A stretch of 64,000 nucleotides of DNA from positions 1,922,001 through 1,986,000 of the forward strand of contig CM102283.1 in assembly GCA_046563655.1 (NCBI GenBank), written 5' to 3'. The DNA comes from Yuukianura sp. NJ FZ-2021 (Eukaryota). Shown piece by piece: positions 12,487-25,012 of the stretch. The position numbers and the translations under genes were made by a program. How positions within the stretch are numbered: the first letter of the stretch is position 1; each line of letters opens with the position of its first letter. The notes beneath the pieces are model-generated. The model did not search any database, was not told the origin of the DNA, and saw only the letters and a program-made list of their open reading frames with translations.

Positions 12487-14665
12487 TCAGCGTTTCCATA
12501 CATCAACAACACGTTTGTGAAGCACAACCGGATCCCCGCTAGGTTTCAACTTACGCGACGTATCTAAACGTTCTACTATTTTGAATTTTTTCAAAAAAGT
12601 TGCAACTAGAATCTTGAGTGTTTCCGTTGCAAAACGTTGACCAATGCAATTTCTTGGTCCATGTCCAAATGTCAAGTTAGTGTAGGGGTCACGTGACCGT
12701 TTTTCGTCACCCAAAAACCGCCAAGGATCAAATTTGTAAGGATCTGGGTAGTAGTCAGGGTTGAAATGCAAGGCAGCCACGGGGAATACGACCTGAATGC
12801 CTTTTGGAATCCGAATACCCTCGTACTCCAAATCTTCATTGCATTGCCGATCGGGCCGAAAGACAAGCGGATGCATGCGCAAAGTTTCCGTAATGGCTGC
12901 AGTCATAAGTGGCAAGTTGTTGCTGATGGCGTCCAAAGTCAAGTGTGGCAAAGCGTCAATTTCAGCGAAAACGGATTCTTGAATTTCTGGATTCTTGGCC
13001 ATTTCATGTATGCAAGATTTAAAAGTGTGACCTATTCCGACATATCCCGATGAAAAAAAAATCCTAGCCTGTGCCAGGACCGTATTTTTGGTGATTCCTA
13101 GTCGGTTGTACTCTGCGTCGGTGCGAACTTTGTTCATCATGTCAACGAATGCTGCAGTTGCGTCAATTGACTCTTGACCGGATTCTTCCCGCGTTGCCAA
13201 AATATTTTCTAAAGCGCTGACCAAGTAGTCCACCCTGGTTTTATGCGATTCAAAGGTTTCAAAAGTTTCATGGATGTCCAATTCTTGCATAAGCATTTCC
13301 AATTTTTGAATAAGCATCTCCAGTTTTTGAATAAGCATGTCCAAGGGTTTGATCGCAACCCTTAGAATGATTGGAAATATTTCTGTTGAATAAAGAGTCG
13401 AAAAATAAAACATAATTTCAAGTCAAGGTAAAACAGAATACTAATAGGTAAGGTAATATAAAATTTTTTTTTTAAAGTAGCTGCTATGGGTAAGTATTTG
13501 CCTTTTTCCTATTTTTTCACACGCAGTGACGTCATTTACAGTGCTGTTAAACATTTGTATCATTTTAGCTACAAAAATTGCTGCGTTTAAACTGGAAAAA
13601 AAGCTAGAACTTAGATAAACTTGAAATGCACTCGCAGTGACGTCACTGTGTGTTTACTGTTCAAAAATCCGTTTTGCCCGCACAAGCTTTTCAGCCACCA
13701 CCTGATTAGAAGTTAGTTTTTTAAACTTTTAAAATTTTGAAAAACTTACTCACAAACAGTACTCCCCAGTCATGATTGTCATGCAAAATTGCCGCTTTCA
13801 TATTTTCGATGAACTCATTATTGGGATCCTTTGCATTCGGGATTTCAACCCCGCAGAAACATTTGCACAAGATTTCAAGTATCATTGGACCAATGAATCT
13901 GTCTCAAAATGGGTATTTGTAAAATTTCTAAAAGTTTCAAAAAATTGAATGTGTCTTAAATTTACTGTTCGAAATCCATTTTCTCATAAAGGCCGTTCGA
14001 CGCTTCACATTTAGCCATCAGCGTCTGCGCATACTCTTCTGCAATGCTCTGCGAAATCGTGTTGAGCTGCTTGATTTTTCCAGTGGTAAAAATTGGAGTC
14101 AAGGCATTCCGGACAGTCTTCCACTTTTCATCTAGTACAAAATTATATATTTTATATCAAAATTATTAATAATTTATTATATTATGGTTCTTATGATTAT
14201 CATATTACCCTCGAGCATATTCAGAAGTTGGCCCCAAACGCTACTACTTTGGCCAAAATCCCACCCATGGTTTCGAAAATGATCGAAATCTACTGTTGTA
14301 ATTAAACGAATCAATTTTGGATCCGAAATGCAAATTTGCGGGCATCTTCCATCATACACCTGGAAGCAACACGTCAAAATTTCCAAAACCCAGAAGAAAA
14401 AAGTTATATTTAAAAAAAAATTCAACAATTTTCAAGTTCTTACACCGTAAATGGACCCATATTTCTCTCGTCGTTGGATATCCAGTTCCAAAATGTTTGC
14501 CCGCGATTCAGCATAGTTACTTCCAAAAAATAAAAATGGTTTCACAACAGGAATTCCAAGCTGCTCCAAATACCCATAGTTCCAACGAGCATACACAATT
14601 GCAATTATTAAAATTCCAACAACTGCAGCCAAAAATAAACCAAACTGTGTCCAAAGTACGTCCAT
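12487..14665 (-). CDS. Cytochrome P450 copy C (divergent, with heptad-repeat insertion)
   Basis: Same 5-exon layout; ETLR, DPWRF, FGHGPRNCIG. Confidence 0.88.
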
Positions 14666-14991
14666 TTTTAACAATATTAGTTCAGCAACGTAACTACTTG
14701 CTTGTGTTAGGTAGGTGAATAGCCCAGACGTGCGTTTGCAGTGCGTTAAAAGCTTGCGTTTACTGTTTACATGAAGTGATTTGAAGCGACTGAAGAGAAA
14801 CACTAGATTTCACAATGCAGAATACTTCCTTGTAAGGCTATTGCAGAAGATCAGAAAGGAAAGAAGTGTAAAATTAGACTCATTTTTGGATGAAATGAAC
14901 GCACTAATATTTATTTTTAGAACATAGACGTTAATAGAAACGGTCGTTCACGTTTCCCGGATTTGTAGAATTCGGTTTGGTTTGCTCAATA

Positions 14992-15212
14992 CAGTAAAAC
15001 TCCAAATTTGGAAACTTTTTTTTCCTCTCATTCATGTGACAGTGGGGTACCGTAAAGACTAACTTTTGAAGACGGAGAAGAGTTCGTGGCCTTTTGACTG
15101 GTCTAATTTCTCCAATGCACTGTGCATAGAAAGTTTACGGTAGGCGCGAAAATCCTTTAGACCAACCAACGAATCAGAATCAGAGTGAGTTTCCTAATTT
15201 GGAGTTTTACTG
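14992..15212. mobile_element. MITE, Tc1/mariner/pogo-like
   Basis: ~25-bp TIRs cagtaaaactccaaatt(t/a)ggaaact, flanked by TA on both sides. Confidence 0.8.
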
Positions 15213-15269
15213 TAAAACGATTCTTGAGAAATGTGTATCCATAGTTGCCAACAGTTGGTCAAAAACCGA

Positions 15270-17080
15270 TTATCGTTTCAACACATCAACAAAAATTGGT
15301 TTGTGAATCAAAATAATACTCCCGCCAATTTCCTGTTCACAAATCGTGTCCGGGCGTTTAGCAATTTTAAACTTTTTCAAAAAAGTTGCCAGTAGAATTT
15401 TGAGTGTTTCCGTTGCAAATCTTTGACCAATGCACCCCCTTGGGCCCTGTCCAAATGTCAAGTTAGTGTAGGCGTCACGTGACTTTTTTTCGTCACCCAT
15501 GTACCGCCAAGGATCAAATTTTTCAGGATCAGGGTAAAAGTCAGGGTTATAATGTAAAGCAGCGAGAGGAAATACTAGTTGAGTGTCTTTTGGAATCCGA
15601 ATTCCCTCAAACTGCCAGTCCTTGTTGCACTTCCGCTCGAGCCGAATGAAATTGGCATGTTTCCGACCAGTCTCCGTAATCGCAGCTTGAAGTAATGGAA
15701 GATTGTTGCTAATCGCTTCCAGCGTCAAGTGTGGCAAAGCGTCAATTTCAGCCAAAATTGATTCTTGAACGTCCGAATTTACAGCCATTTCATACATGAG
15801 GAATTCAAAAGTGTCACGAGTTCCAGCGTATCCAGCTAGAAAAAATTCCCACGCCTGTGCAATGACCGTGTTTTCGTTGATTCCTAGCCGTTTGTAGTCT
15901 GCGTCGTTCCGAACTTTTTTCATCATTTCAACCAGTGTTGAAGTGGCATCAATTGACTCTTGACCTGATTTTTCCCGCGTTTCCAAAATATTTTTCAAGG
16001 CGCCAACGAAAAAGTTCATTCCACTTTCGTCCATTTCGAACGTCTGGTATTTTTCAATAATTGGAAACATTTCTGTTTAAAAATAAAAATAAAATTAAAC
16101 TTAAAAGTTGGATTTTTTTTTCAAAAAACTTGAAATTTCAAAAAACTGACTGTAAATGAGTGTTTTCCAGTCTTCTTTGGGTTGGTCGTGCCACAATGCC
16201 AATTTCATGTTTTTAATAAATTCGTTGTTTGGATCCGTCGCATTTGGAATTTCAATTCCACAAAAAGATTTGGCCAAAACTTCAAGTATCAATGGAGCAA
16301 GAAATCTGTTTCACCAAAAAATTCACAAAAAAACGTGTTTCCAGTAAAATAAAAATTGAAATGTGCCGTAAATTTACTCTTTGAATTGCATTTTTTCGTA
16401 ACGGCCATTGGACTTTTCACATTGAACCATAAGTTTCTGTGCATACTCTTCTGCGACACTTTGAGTGATTGTATTCAGTTGTTTGATTTTCCCGGTGGTA
16501 AAAATCGGTGTTATGGCGTTCCGGACAGTTTTCCATTTTTCATCTAGTACAAAATGACAAATTTATATTATATGAATATATATTATATTTATTATATTAC
16601 ATTTTATAATAATATAATTTTTCTTACCATGAAGTACGTCCAAGATTTGAGTCATAACGCCATTACTATCGCCAATATACCATCCATGGTTTCGAAAATG
16701 ATCGAAATCTACTGTTGTAATCAAACGAATCAATTTTGGATCAGAAACGTAAATTTGGGGGCGTCTTCCATCGTAAACCTGCAAAAAACGGAATATCAAA
16801 ATTTCAAAAAAAAAATGATCGTTTTTTGAAAGTTTGTCCAAAATTTTGAAATCCTTACGCCATAAATGGTACCATATTTTTCCCGACGTTGGATATCCAA
16901 CTCCTTGATGTTCACCCAATGTTCAGTGTAGTTACTTCCAAAAAATAAAAATGGTTTCACAACTGGAATTCCAAGAGATTCCAAATATCCGTAGTTCCAA
17001 CGAGCGTAAACAATTGCAATTATCAAAATTCCAACAACTGCAGCCACAATTAAACTAACTATGGTCCAAATTAAGTCCAT
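15270..17080 (-). CDS. Cytochrome P450 copy D
   Basis: Close paralog of copy A; FGQGPRGCIG. Confidence 0.93.
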
Positions 17081-17586
17081 TTTTGACAATGTTAGGTTCG
17101 TTGTGGTTAGATTCTTCTTCAACTGCAACTAAACTCATCAGTTTATGTGGGTGAACTTATAACTCTTAGCTTTTTCGTTTCGTGGTGTTCTAAATTAGGA
17201 ATCAAGGACTTATTAGCAAAAACACTTTGAACTTGCAAAAAAAGTTCCATAAGTGTTTTTGACGCATGATAGATTAGGAACCTCAAATCGAAATGACCTT
17301 GGATTTGAATAATGTTATTGCCGGTGACAGTTTAACCAATGTTAGGTTGTACATCAATGACTATAACATCTTACATTATTGCTCTACAGCTTACATCAAT
17401 AATTTTATTACGTAAACTGTAATCTCTATGTACGTGAAAGTTTATCGTAAAGCTTGACGCAAATTTATGAAATCACAAAAAAACATAAACTTTATTTTTA
17501 ACCCGCAACTTCATTAAAGATTGAGATGTTTGCAAAAAGAAATGTTTTTTTTTATTGTAATTTAAGTGCGATTTTATTGACGAGAA

Positions 17587-17700
17587 TTTTATCGTGAGTA
17601 GCATAAGCTAATTTATGTATCGAAATTGTCTGTCTGTCTGTCTGTCTGCCGGTCGTGCAATGGCGGCATTATCTCGGAAACCGCTCAACATTACCGAGAT
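17587..17700 (+). repeat. (TCTG)n microsatellite in a DINE-1/Helentron-like context
   Basis: ttttatc...(gtct)n...atctcggaaacc arrangement resembles non-autonomous Helentron-type elements. Boundaries are uncertain. Confidence 0.35.
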
Positions 17701-18239
17701 CTGCTTTGCCAAATTTAGTTGACATCATTTTTGAAAAAGAAAAGCTGACAACTTTAAACACAACTATTTTTTGAAAGTTCTGAAAAAAAACGAGTTTTTG
17801 TTCAAACCACAATTTTTGTAATTTGCCGACTTTTTAATGAAGTTGGTGTTACACATAGTTTTTGAAACGAGAAAATTTGATAAATGTTTCGGTTTTTGGT
17901 GACGTCCATTTTTTTTATCTAATGTTAGTTAAAATTAGTTATTTGAAAATGAAATGTGGTTTTTGGTCTTTAATTTTAATTGAGATTTAAATTTATCAAA
18001 AAAAAGTTAATGATGGAAGCGACATGTGCATAATTTTGGCTAAAAATTTTCCTTTAATTTGCTAATTGTTTCACCGCAACTTCCGTTTCTGGGGTTTGAG
18101 GCAAGATGGAGGAAGTCCTACTCGTAGACCTATAAATATGAGCGATCCTTCCGTCCAGCATTACAACATTTTTAGAGTTTTCAAAATTTTGAACTTTCTG
18201 AAAATTTTGAAAGTCAAGGTCAGAGGTCAGTCACAAAGT

Positions 18240-20611
18240 ATGAGGCATCTGCTTTTCTTCGGAGCCGTCTTGGCTCTTTTCCTTTCCGTTTCTGCTTTCC
18301 CCTACGACGTTGAGGAAGAAGATGGCGAGGACCCGAATGAGCTTATTTTCGACAATGATGGAACTGGTAATATAAAAAACTATTTTTTCATGAAATTTCA
18401 AAATTTCAAAATACAAAATAAATAAAAATTTTCTAAAATACATTCTTGATAAATTTTTCTAAACTGATTCTTTCCATGCAGCAAGATTTCAATTTGAAGT
18501 GAGTGATGCGGAACACGAAATTTTGAAACGACAGGCCTCTGATGGTAAGTCGACAAATTTAACACAAAGAAGTCGAAAAACGTACCAAATTTTCTTGTAC
18601 TTTTTAAATTACTACTTTTCAAGCTTTTTTCAAAAAGTTTTTTGTTGTTGTAAAAAGCTTTTAGACAAAAGGCTCTTCAAATCCACAACGAACTTCGTGC
18701 CAAACATGGATCTCCACCATTGACATTGGATTCCAACGTAAGAAAAACGTTTCAAAATTTTGATTTTCAGATCACTTCAAAAAAAAGTATAACGCGCGAA
18801 ATCTGGTTTTTAAATTTTCGTTGAAACACATTAATTTTTGAATAGTTGAACAACCAAGCTCAGGCTTATGCCCAACAAGAGGCTTCGACAAACGTGCAAA
18901 AGCACAGTTGCGGCCCATGCGAGCAATACGGAGAAAACTTGGCCTACAAAGCCGGCACTGCGCCAGCCCTTCGTAAGATACTCATAAAATAACCTAATTA
19001 CTAATTATTAATTAGTATACCAATACATTAATAACATTTAGTACTAAAATTTGAAAAATTTTCTTAGTCTTATGCTCATAATTTACGGTTTTACTTGAAT
19101 AGGTGACGCTGCTGCTGCTGAGTGGGCTTGCAAGAGCTGGTAAGAATTTTAAATTTTAAAAATTATGAACTTTGTGTATACTCCCCGGAAACAATTCATG
19201 CATTAGAGACAAAAAGTAAAAACCGTCAGCATAACGTAGCTGGCTGTCCAAGGTTTTAGCGTCATATTGGCGCAATGCAAGTATCCGTCGAGGACGCCGT
19301 TTCAAAATCTTAAATATGATGCAATTCCGGAGGCGTCAAATTGATGTTTGGAACATACTCCAATTTGACGCATGCAAAAGATAGAAAAAAAACTCTTCTC
19401 CGGAGTTTCGAACCAACAACCTTCACTTCTCTCTTATTGTTGACCTATCACACTACAAACTAAGCTACGAATGATTTATTGAAAAACTAGTCGAAAGTTG
19501 TAGTACTTATTCCATTCATTGGGAACTTAAAATTCTTACGACTAAAATCAAGAAAAATTATATGATTAATTGGTTAAGTTACGGTAAGTATGGTCACCTT
19601 TGTACACATACAGACAGAGTGACGTAATTATCAGCTGTCACCGGCATAGTTAGGTGGATTCAGCATCTCTACGTGTGAGCGAGCAGTTTAAATGTTCTAA
19701 ATGACACGGAACCATGTAATGTCTTATTTGATTAGTATAAAAATTATCATCCAATACGATTGTTAATTGGTCATGTGGGATACGAAACTATAAGTTTATC
19801 CGAAGTTTTTAGACGAAGTTTGTCCCGCAACAAAAGAACGTGTAGCAATGACATTGGTTTGTTTAGTGTTCTAATAATTGCGTCTGGAAGCTGTCGGGAC
19901 GGACGCATCATATTGACTGAAGGAAGCTTCACTGCAATTTTACGCACTTTCCATGCAATACAAATCTTGCAATATTTGAATGATTGGAAACAAGCGTCAG
20001 AATCATGCAATTATAATTGCGCCTCTATTGCAGCGAATCGAAGGCGTAAATTTGTGCGCCTCATTTCTGTCCTCACAACAACATGCATGCAACTAACTCA
20101 GTTTTTGCAGAAATATAACGCCAGGCTTACCCTACTCATAATGATGCCAGCGTGAGCGCATCATTTTTGAATCAAAAATGTGTAATCGTCATTGTAATTC
20201 CCAAAACTGACGCAATGCTGACGGTTCATACCCAAAAATTGTTTCCGGGGCTCTTTTGTGTTATTGAAATTCTTAGAAGTTTAGATCGAAAAAGGCAGTT
20301 TCTTTTCAAATTACCATATTCAAAAAAAAATGGAAATTGACTGTTTTTGACAATCTTTTAGGTACGATGAGATCAGTTTGTACAACTTCGCTAATCCGAA
20401 CTTGGGCGCCAACCATCAGTGGGGCCACTTCACTGCCTTGGTGTGGAAGGGGTCACAGCGCATGGGCATTGGGATTGCTTATGGCTCCAAGGTCAGCGCC
20501 AGTGGCAACAAGATGAACACGGTCTACATCGTCGCTCGATATCAACCGGCCGGAAACGTCTTCAGTGTCCCTGAAATGAAGAAGAACGTGCAGCCCCCAA
20601 GTGGAAAGTAA
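18240..20611 (+). CDS. Secreted CAP/SCP (GAPR-1/venom-allergen-like) protein 1
   Basis: Signal peptide, acidic pro-region, HNELRAKHGSPPL, YGENL, GHFTALVWKGS, VARYQPAGN; about 6 exons. Confidence 0.88.
19183..20250. mobile_element. Non-autonomous DNA transposon in the last intron of CAP1
   Basis: 14-bp TIR ccccggaaacaatt / aattgtttccgggg, inverted subterminal motif aaccgtcagcat at both ends, flanking CT on both sides (possible 2-bp TSD, CMC/EnSpm-like). No transposase ORF. Confidence 0.72.
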
Positions 20612-21197
20612 ACTACGCCGAAAATTCAAAATTTTCGAACCATCTTTGTCTAAAATCATTTTCCTTCTAGAGGAATTTGAAATTCAGCAGAGATTATTTA
20701 TGACAGTATTAGTTGCCCAATAAAAGCTTTTGATTGCAATTCTAAATACATTGTTTCACCAAATCTGAAAATTACCATTCACAGCTCAAACTTGCAAAAG
20801 ACAAATCACGTGTTTGCACTAATGGCCCAATCGCTTTTTGTTCATTTTCCTGAGTTGTAGGAGAAAAATTGTTTCACCAAAAACCCGGAAATGACATTTT
20901 TGCACCAGATTTAGAATTTTACGTTTTGCCCGTCACAATATTAGTTGTCACCAGAAAAATTTTATCATGTGCTGGTTTTCCTACCTCTCACTTATACTAC
21001 ACGCACAGGATTCCTATAGGATGCCAAGGTTTCCTTTGACTTTCAGTCAAAAATTTGAAAATTTGCAAATACAATGCCCCTATGTACCCTATAGTTTATC
21101 CACTTTTAGAAGGAGTTTTCTTTGAAAACAATTCCAGTCGTCGCCTTATGGACCGTTAACATAGAAATTATCAATTTTATGAAATTTTGATACAAAC

Positions 21198-21688
21198 CAA
21201 GGCAACTAAACAAAAAGACACACGCGCTTTCTAAGGTAGTCTCACGAGCGGTTTTTTAATATTTTTTTGCGATATTTTTTGGTGGGGCGGATTGTGCGGT
21301 TTCCAAGGAAATAAAACGGTATAGAATTCGTGCAAAGGTTGGTTGAGGTAACAATGATGTGTTAGTTGTACCCAGCGTTCAGTATTTTACGCAAATCAAC
21401 TATTTGTCATTGAGTTGTATTGAATTCGTAGTAATTATAAGCGTAAAATTTGTCTACTCCATTTTCCAATCCCAAAATCAATGTAAACCACTAGCCCGAT
21501 GATTGGGTACACTGAATGGTCACAATGGAGGAATTTGATTTTGTACTCCGACCGAAGGAAAACGTTGTCAGAGGAATGTTTAAAAAACAAACAATCCGCC
21601 CCACCAAAAAATATCGCAAAAATAGCTGAAAAAACCGCTCGTGAGACTACCTTAGAAAGCGCGTGTGTATTTATGTTTAGTTACCTTG
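21198..21688. mobile_element. MITE with CAAGG termini and 8-bp TSD (P- or hAT-like)
   Basis: ~100-bp imperfect TIRs; exact TSD atacaaac at 21190-21197 and 21689-21696. Confidence 0.88.
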
Positions 21689-22207
21689 ATACAAACTAAA
21701 TGGAGAAAGTGTTTTTGAAAAACTGAGTTTTTCCATACGCATCGCAATGGAAGCAAAAAAACCGACGAAGACAAAAGAACCTTCTAATAAAAATAGACAA
21801 ACTATAGTTGCACTATTTTTAGAAATCTTTCAAAATTTTGAATTTGCAGCAATAAATTTCGTTTTTGCGGAGGTTTTCTTGGCTCCAAAAGGCCCAGTTG
21901 AATTTAGAAATCAAATGAGAATGTTGCGAAACAATTGAGAATAGTCCACAATGAAATTACATATCCACGTTCGGTTCCTTTACGTTTGTGTAAAGTGGTT
22001 TAGGACAAATGAAATGGCATTGGATAACGTCATTCGGTAACTAAACTGCTTTTTTTGATGTAATAATCGCCTAAATCCAAAACAATGGATAATTGAAGTT
22101 AAATAATTTTGAATGCTAGTGTCTTTGAAGGGCATTTCTTATGAAAATCTAACTGAATCTCATTTTCAAAATTAGTTCTAAATTGGGTGTTGTCGCCAGC
22201 GCTTGAA

Positions 22208-22792
22208 ATGAAAGCTATGTTTTGGTAAGCATAAATAAAAAACAATAAAAAATTGACATAACACGAGTAGAATTCTAATATAATTTAATGTAGGATTTCG
22301 ATTGTGGTACTGCTGAGCTTTGATGTTAGAACAGCGATTGGTGTAGGCCAAAATACGGCCCTAAAAAATCAACTGGGACGAATGGACGAAATGGTGGTAA
22401 ACGTTTTCACTGATCTGGGAAATCTGAAATCCGCTTTTGAAATTGGTGATTGCGATTTAATAATTAAAAGCACATTGCAACAATTTGACGCTCAATTCAA
22501 GAAAGTAAATCATGTTTGTATGACTCGGAAACCCGACGGGGATGATGTAACTAGACTTTCTGAAGGTATCACGAAAATGGAAGAAGACTACGAGCATGTC
22601 AGACAAGCTTTAGAGTGGGTTAAGAAGAGCAAATTCATAAGTGCTGACATGTGCAAGTATGAAGTTCATCGCTTTTTGGTGAATATTTTGAACTGGTATG
22701 ACAAATTTGAAAAGGACTTACTAGAACCTTGCACCGATGATGCACCAACAATCAAAGGTGCTGTATATGATGCGTTGAAAAAATACGACTAA
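22208..22792 (+). CDS. Secreted, predicted alpha-helical protein of unknown function (~170 aa)
   Basis: ATG 22208, short exon, GTAAGC..TAG intron, giving MKAMFWISIVVLLSF...; long open second exon with 4 Cys. Confidence 0.65.
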
Positions 22793-23092
22793 AATAATAG
22801 TTACTAATAACAACTGCTAAAAGTTTCATTTGAATAGAAGGCAACTTCCTTATAGGCTTTGTGCCATACGCTTCAATCTTGTAACTATTTCATAACTTTC
22901 AGTCAAAAAATAACACCGAGTGTTCTGCCAGTGCAATCTTTTTTTTATTTGTCTAAGTTTCAGTGCAAAAAAAAGTCCAATGAAAACTTTTTGTTGATGA
23001 TTTTGCTGTGTGAGTTTTTCCTGTTTTTGGGCCGTTTTATACTGTTTTATACTGTTTTATTTGCCGTCATGGTCCGTTTTGCTTGAAGCGTT

Positions 23093-23548
23093 TTAGGCAT
23101 CATCAGCGTCAAAATCGGCATCCCGCCGTCGCCTGCCTCCCCCCGGCAAAACTCCACCCAGTCCAAGTCCCTGTTCCCAAAGCAGGACAATGTAAATGGA
23201 ATTACATTTAAATATAATTTAATACTATTACAATAGTATATATATTAAATAAGATAACTAATAAGTCAACCTGCGTAAGTCCACCAGTGAGGCCCCCAAC
23301 GGTATTAGTCAACCCTCCAGTCAATCCGCCTAAGTCCAATGGAAGCTGAAGGCCATTGCCTCCCAACAAACCCAAAAGTCGCTTCCTGCGCAAAAGTTCT
23401 CGTTCCTCATTGTCCGGAGAAGCTGTTCAAATAACGTTGGGGGTAAAAAAATTCAAATTTTTGAAAATGTAAAAATTTTGATTTGGTTTTTACCAAAAGC
23501 TTGTCCGAGGACAGAAACGACGAAGAATAGAGCCAAAAGTTTGTACAT
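23093..23548 (-). CDS. Gly/Leu-rich secreted prepropeptide 1
   Basis: 3 exons: MYKLLALFFVVSVLGQAFA-SPDNEERELL-RRKR-LLGLLGGNGLQLPLDLGGLTGGLTNTVGGLTGGLTQGLGLGGVLPGGG-RRRR-DADFDADDA*. Confidence 0.8.
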
Positions 23549-23933
23549 GTTTGTACCCTGGTTATTGACCTGGACTGAAATTTGTTGTTTTTTTTTGTAA
23601 TACTGTAAGGTGGTGTGATTTCCAAGAAAAATTTTGAAACGTTTATATACCAAATTTTGAAACTAACAAATTTAGTGCGGTACTTTGAAGATTAGGGGCA
23701 GATTTAATTTGCCTGTGTCCTCTTTGATCTTAACTTGATTTGGCCCACTTTTTGAAATTTCGTTCAATCAAAATGAGTTAGCGGTTTTTTAAAATTTTTC
23801 CTCAAAACAAATTAAGGTCAACGAATTAAAGACGATGTGATAAGTGTTTGGAGAAGTTGTTACTTTCAATTTATTTCTTCTTCATTTCTGTTGAATTTGA
23901 TTTAATAAACTATTTGCCCGGTTTTTTTTCTGT

Positions 23934-24477
23934 TCAAAGTTGCTCGAAATCAGGACTTTTCGCGTTGCATTTCAAACATCGATCAACAAATTTTATCGCT
24001 TCGGCAATGTTAGCTCCAACGTCAGCAAGCTTGCGTTGACCCAAAACACCCCCAAGCCCGATTCCCTGGGCACAACAAAATTTAAATATTATGTTATTTG
24101 TATTATTATATAATGTAACTTATAACTATTTAATTAATATTGTTAAGTATATAATTAATATTAAGTTATAAATTGACCTGTGTGAGACCTCCGACGGTGC
24201 TGCCAAGTCCGCCTATCAAACTTCCCAAGCCTGCAATTCCGGCTTGAGTTCCCACTCCACCACCAAGAAGAGCCAACAGTCGTTTGGCCCGCAAATGATC
24301 TTGTTGCTCTTCATCCATCGGAGTTCCTGTTCAAATACGTTCAAACAAAAACTTTTCTAAGGTTTTGAAAAAGCAATGCGGAAATCCTTAGTAGTCTTTA
24401 AAACTTTTTTTTTCCTTGTTACCAAACGATCGTCCGATGAGAAAAACGGCCAGCAGTAGCATCAAAAATTTGAACAT
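23934..24477 (-). CDS. Gly/Leu-rich secreted prepropeptide 2 (paralog)
   Basis: Same 3-exon structure: MFKFLMLLLAVFLIGRSFG-TPMDEEQQDHL-RAKR-LLALLGGGVGTQAGIAGLGSLIGGLGSTVGGLTQGIGLGGVLGQRK...*. Confidence 0.78.
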
Positions 24478-25012
24478 TTTGGATAAACGCTTTAAAAACT
24501 TCAAAGTCATAAAAGTACAAAAGTGTAACCTTATGTTTTAAATTGCAAGCTCGTATTTATACAATTTTTGATCTCGAACTTTCGTGTTTTTTTCAATGTC
24601 AAACAAAGATTCTAGAAGAATAGCGAGCTTTGAAATTCAGCCTCATATTTAGATCCCCGCTTAAAAAAAAAAAAAACTTGTTTGCGCGTCCCTAATTTTC
24701 GAAATTTTGAAAAGAAATTTTTTTGACTTTTCCTGCTTATTCAATTGACCTTAATTTAAGAAAACTGCTTTTTTAATCCTCCGACGATACGGTTAATCAC
24801 AATCACAAAACCGAAATTTCAATTGGACTTAATGAAATTTCTTAATTTCGTAAAGAGATCCAACACTTTGATATGAAAATTTTCAAAAAATGAGGAAAAT
24901 TTTTAAAATTGAACAGAAATAAAACTGTTTGACTGAAATTTATGATTTATTTTGTATTGAAGTAAGTTGAAGACGCAAGAGGCACGTGGAGGAAGTAAAC
25001 TTTTGTGTGAAA

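Noticed and set aside
2954-13053. Plus-strand ORFs overlapping CYP last exons (e.g. 2954-3223, 5551-5886, 12766-13053)
   Set aside because: Antisense shadows of P450 coding sequence; they recur only because the paralogs are similar.
19760-20155. 131-aa ORF inside the intronic DNA element
   Set aside because: No transposase or other recognisable motif.
23093-24477. Springtail-type glycine-rich antifreeze protein
   Set aside because: Lacks sustained Gly-X-X tripeptide periodicity; Leu-rich with period 4 and dibasic processing sites.
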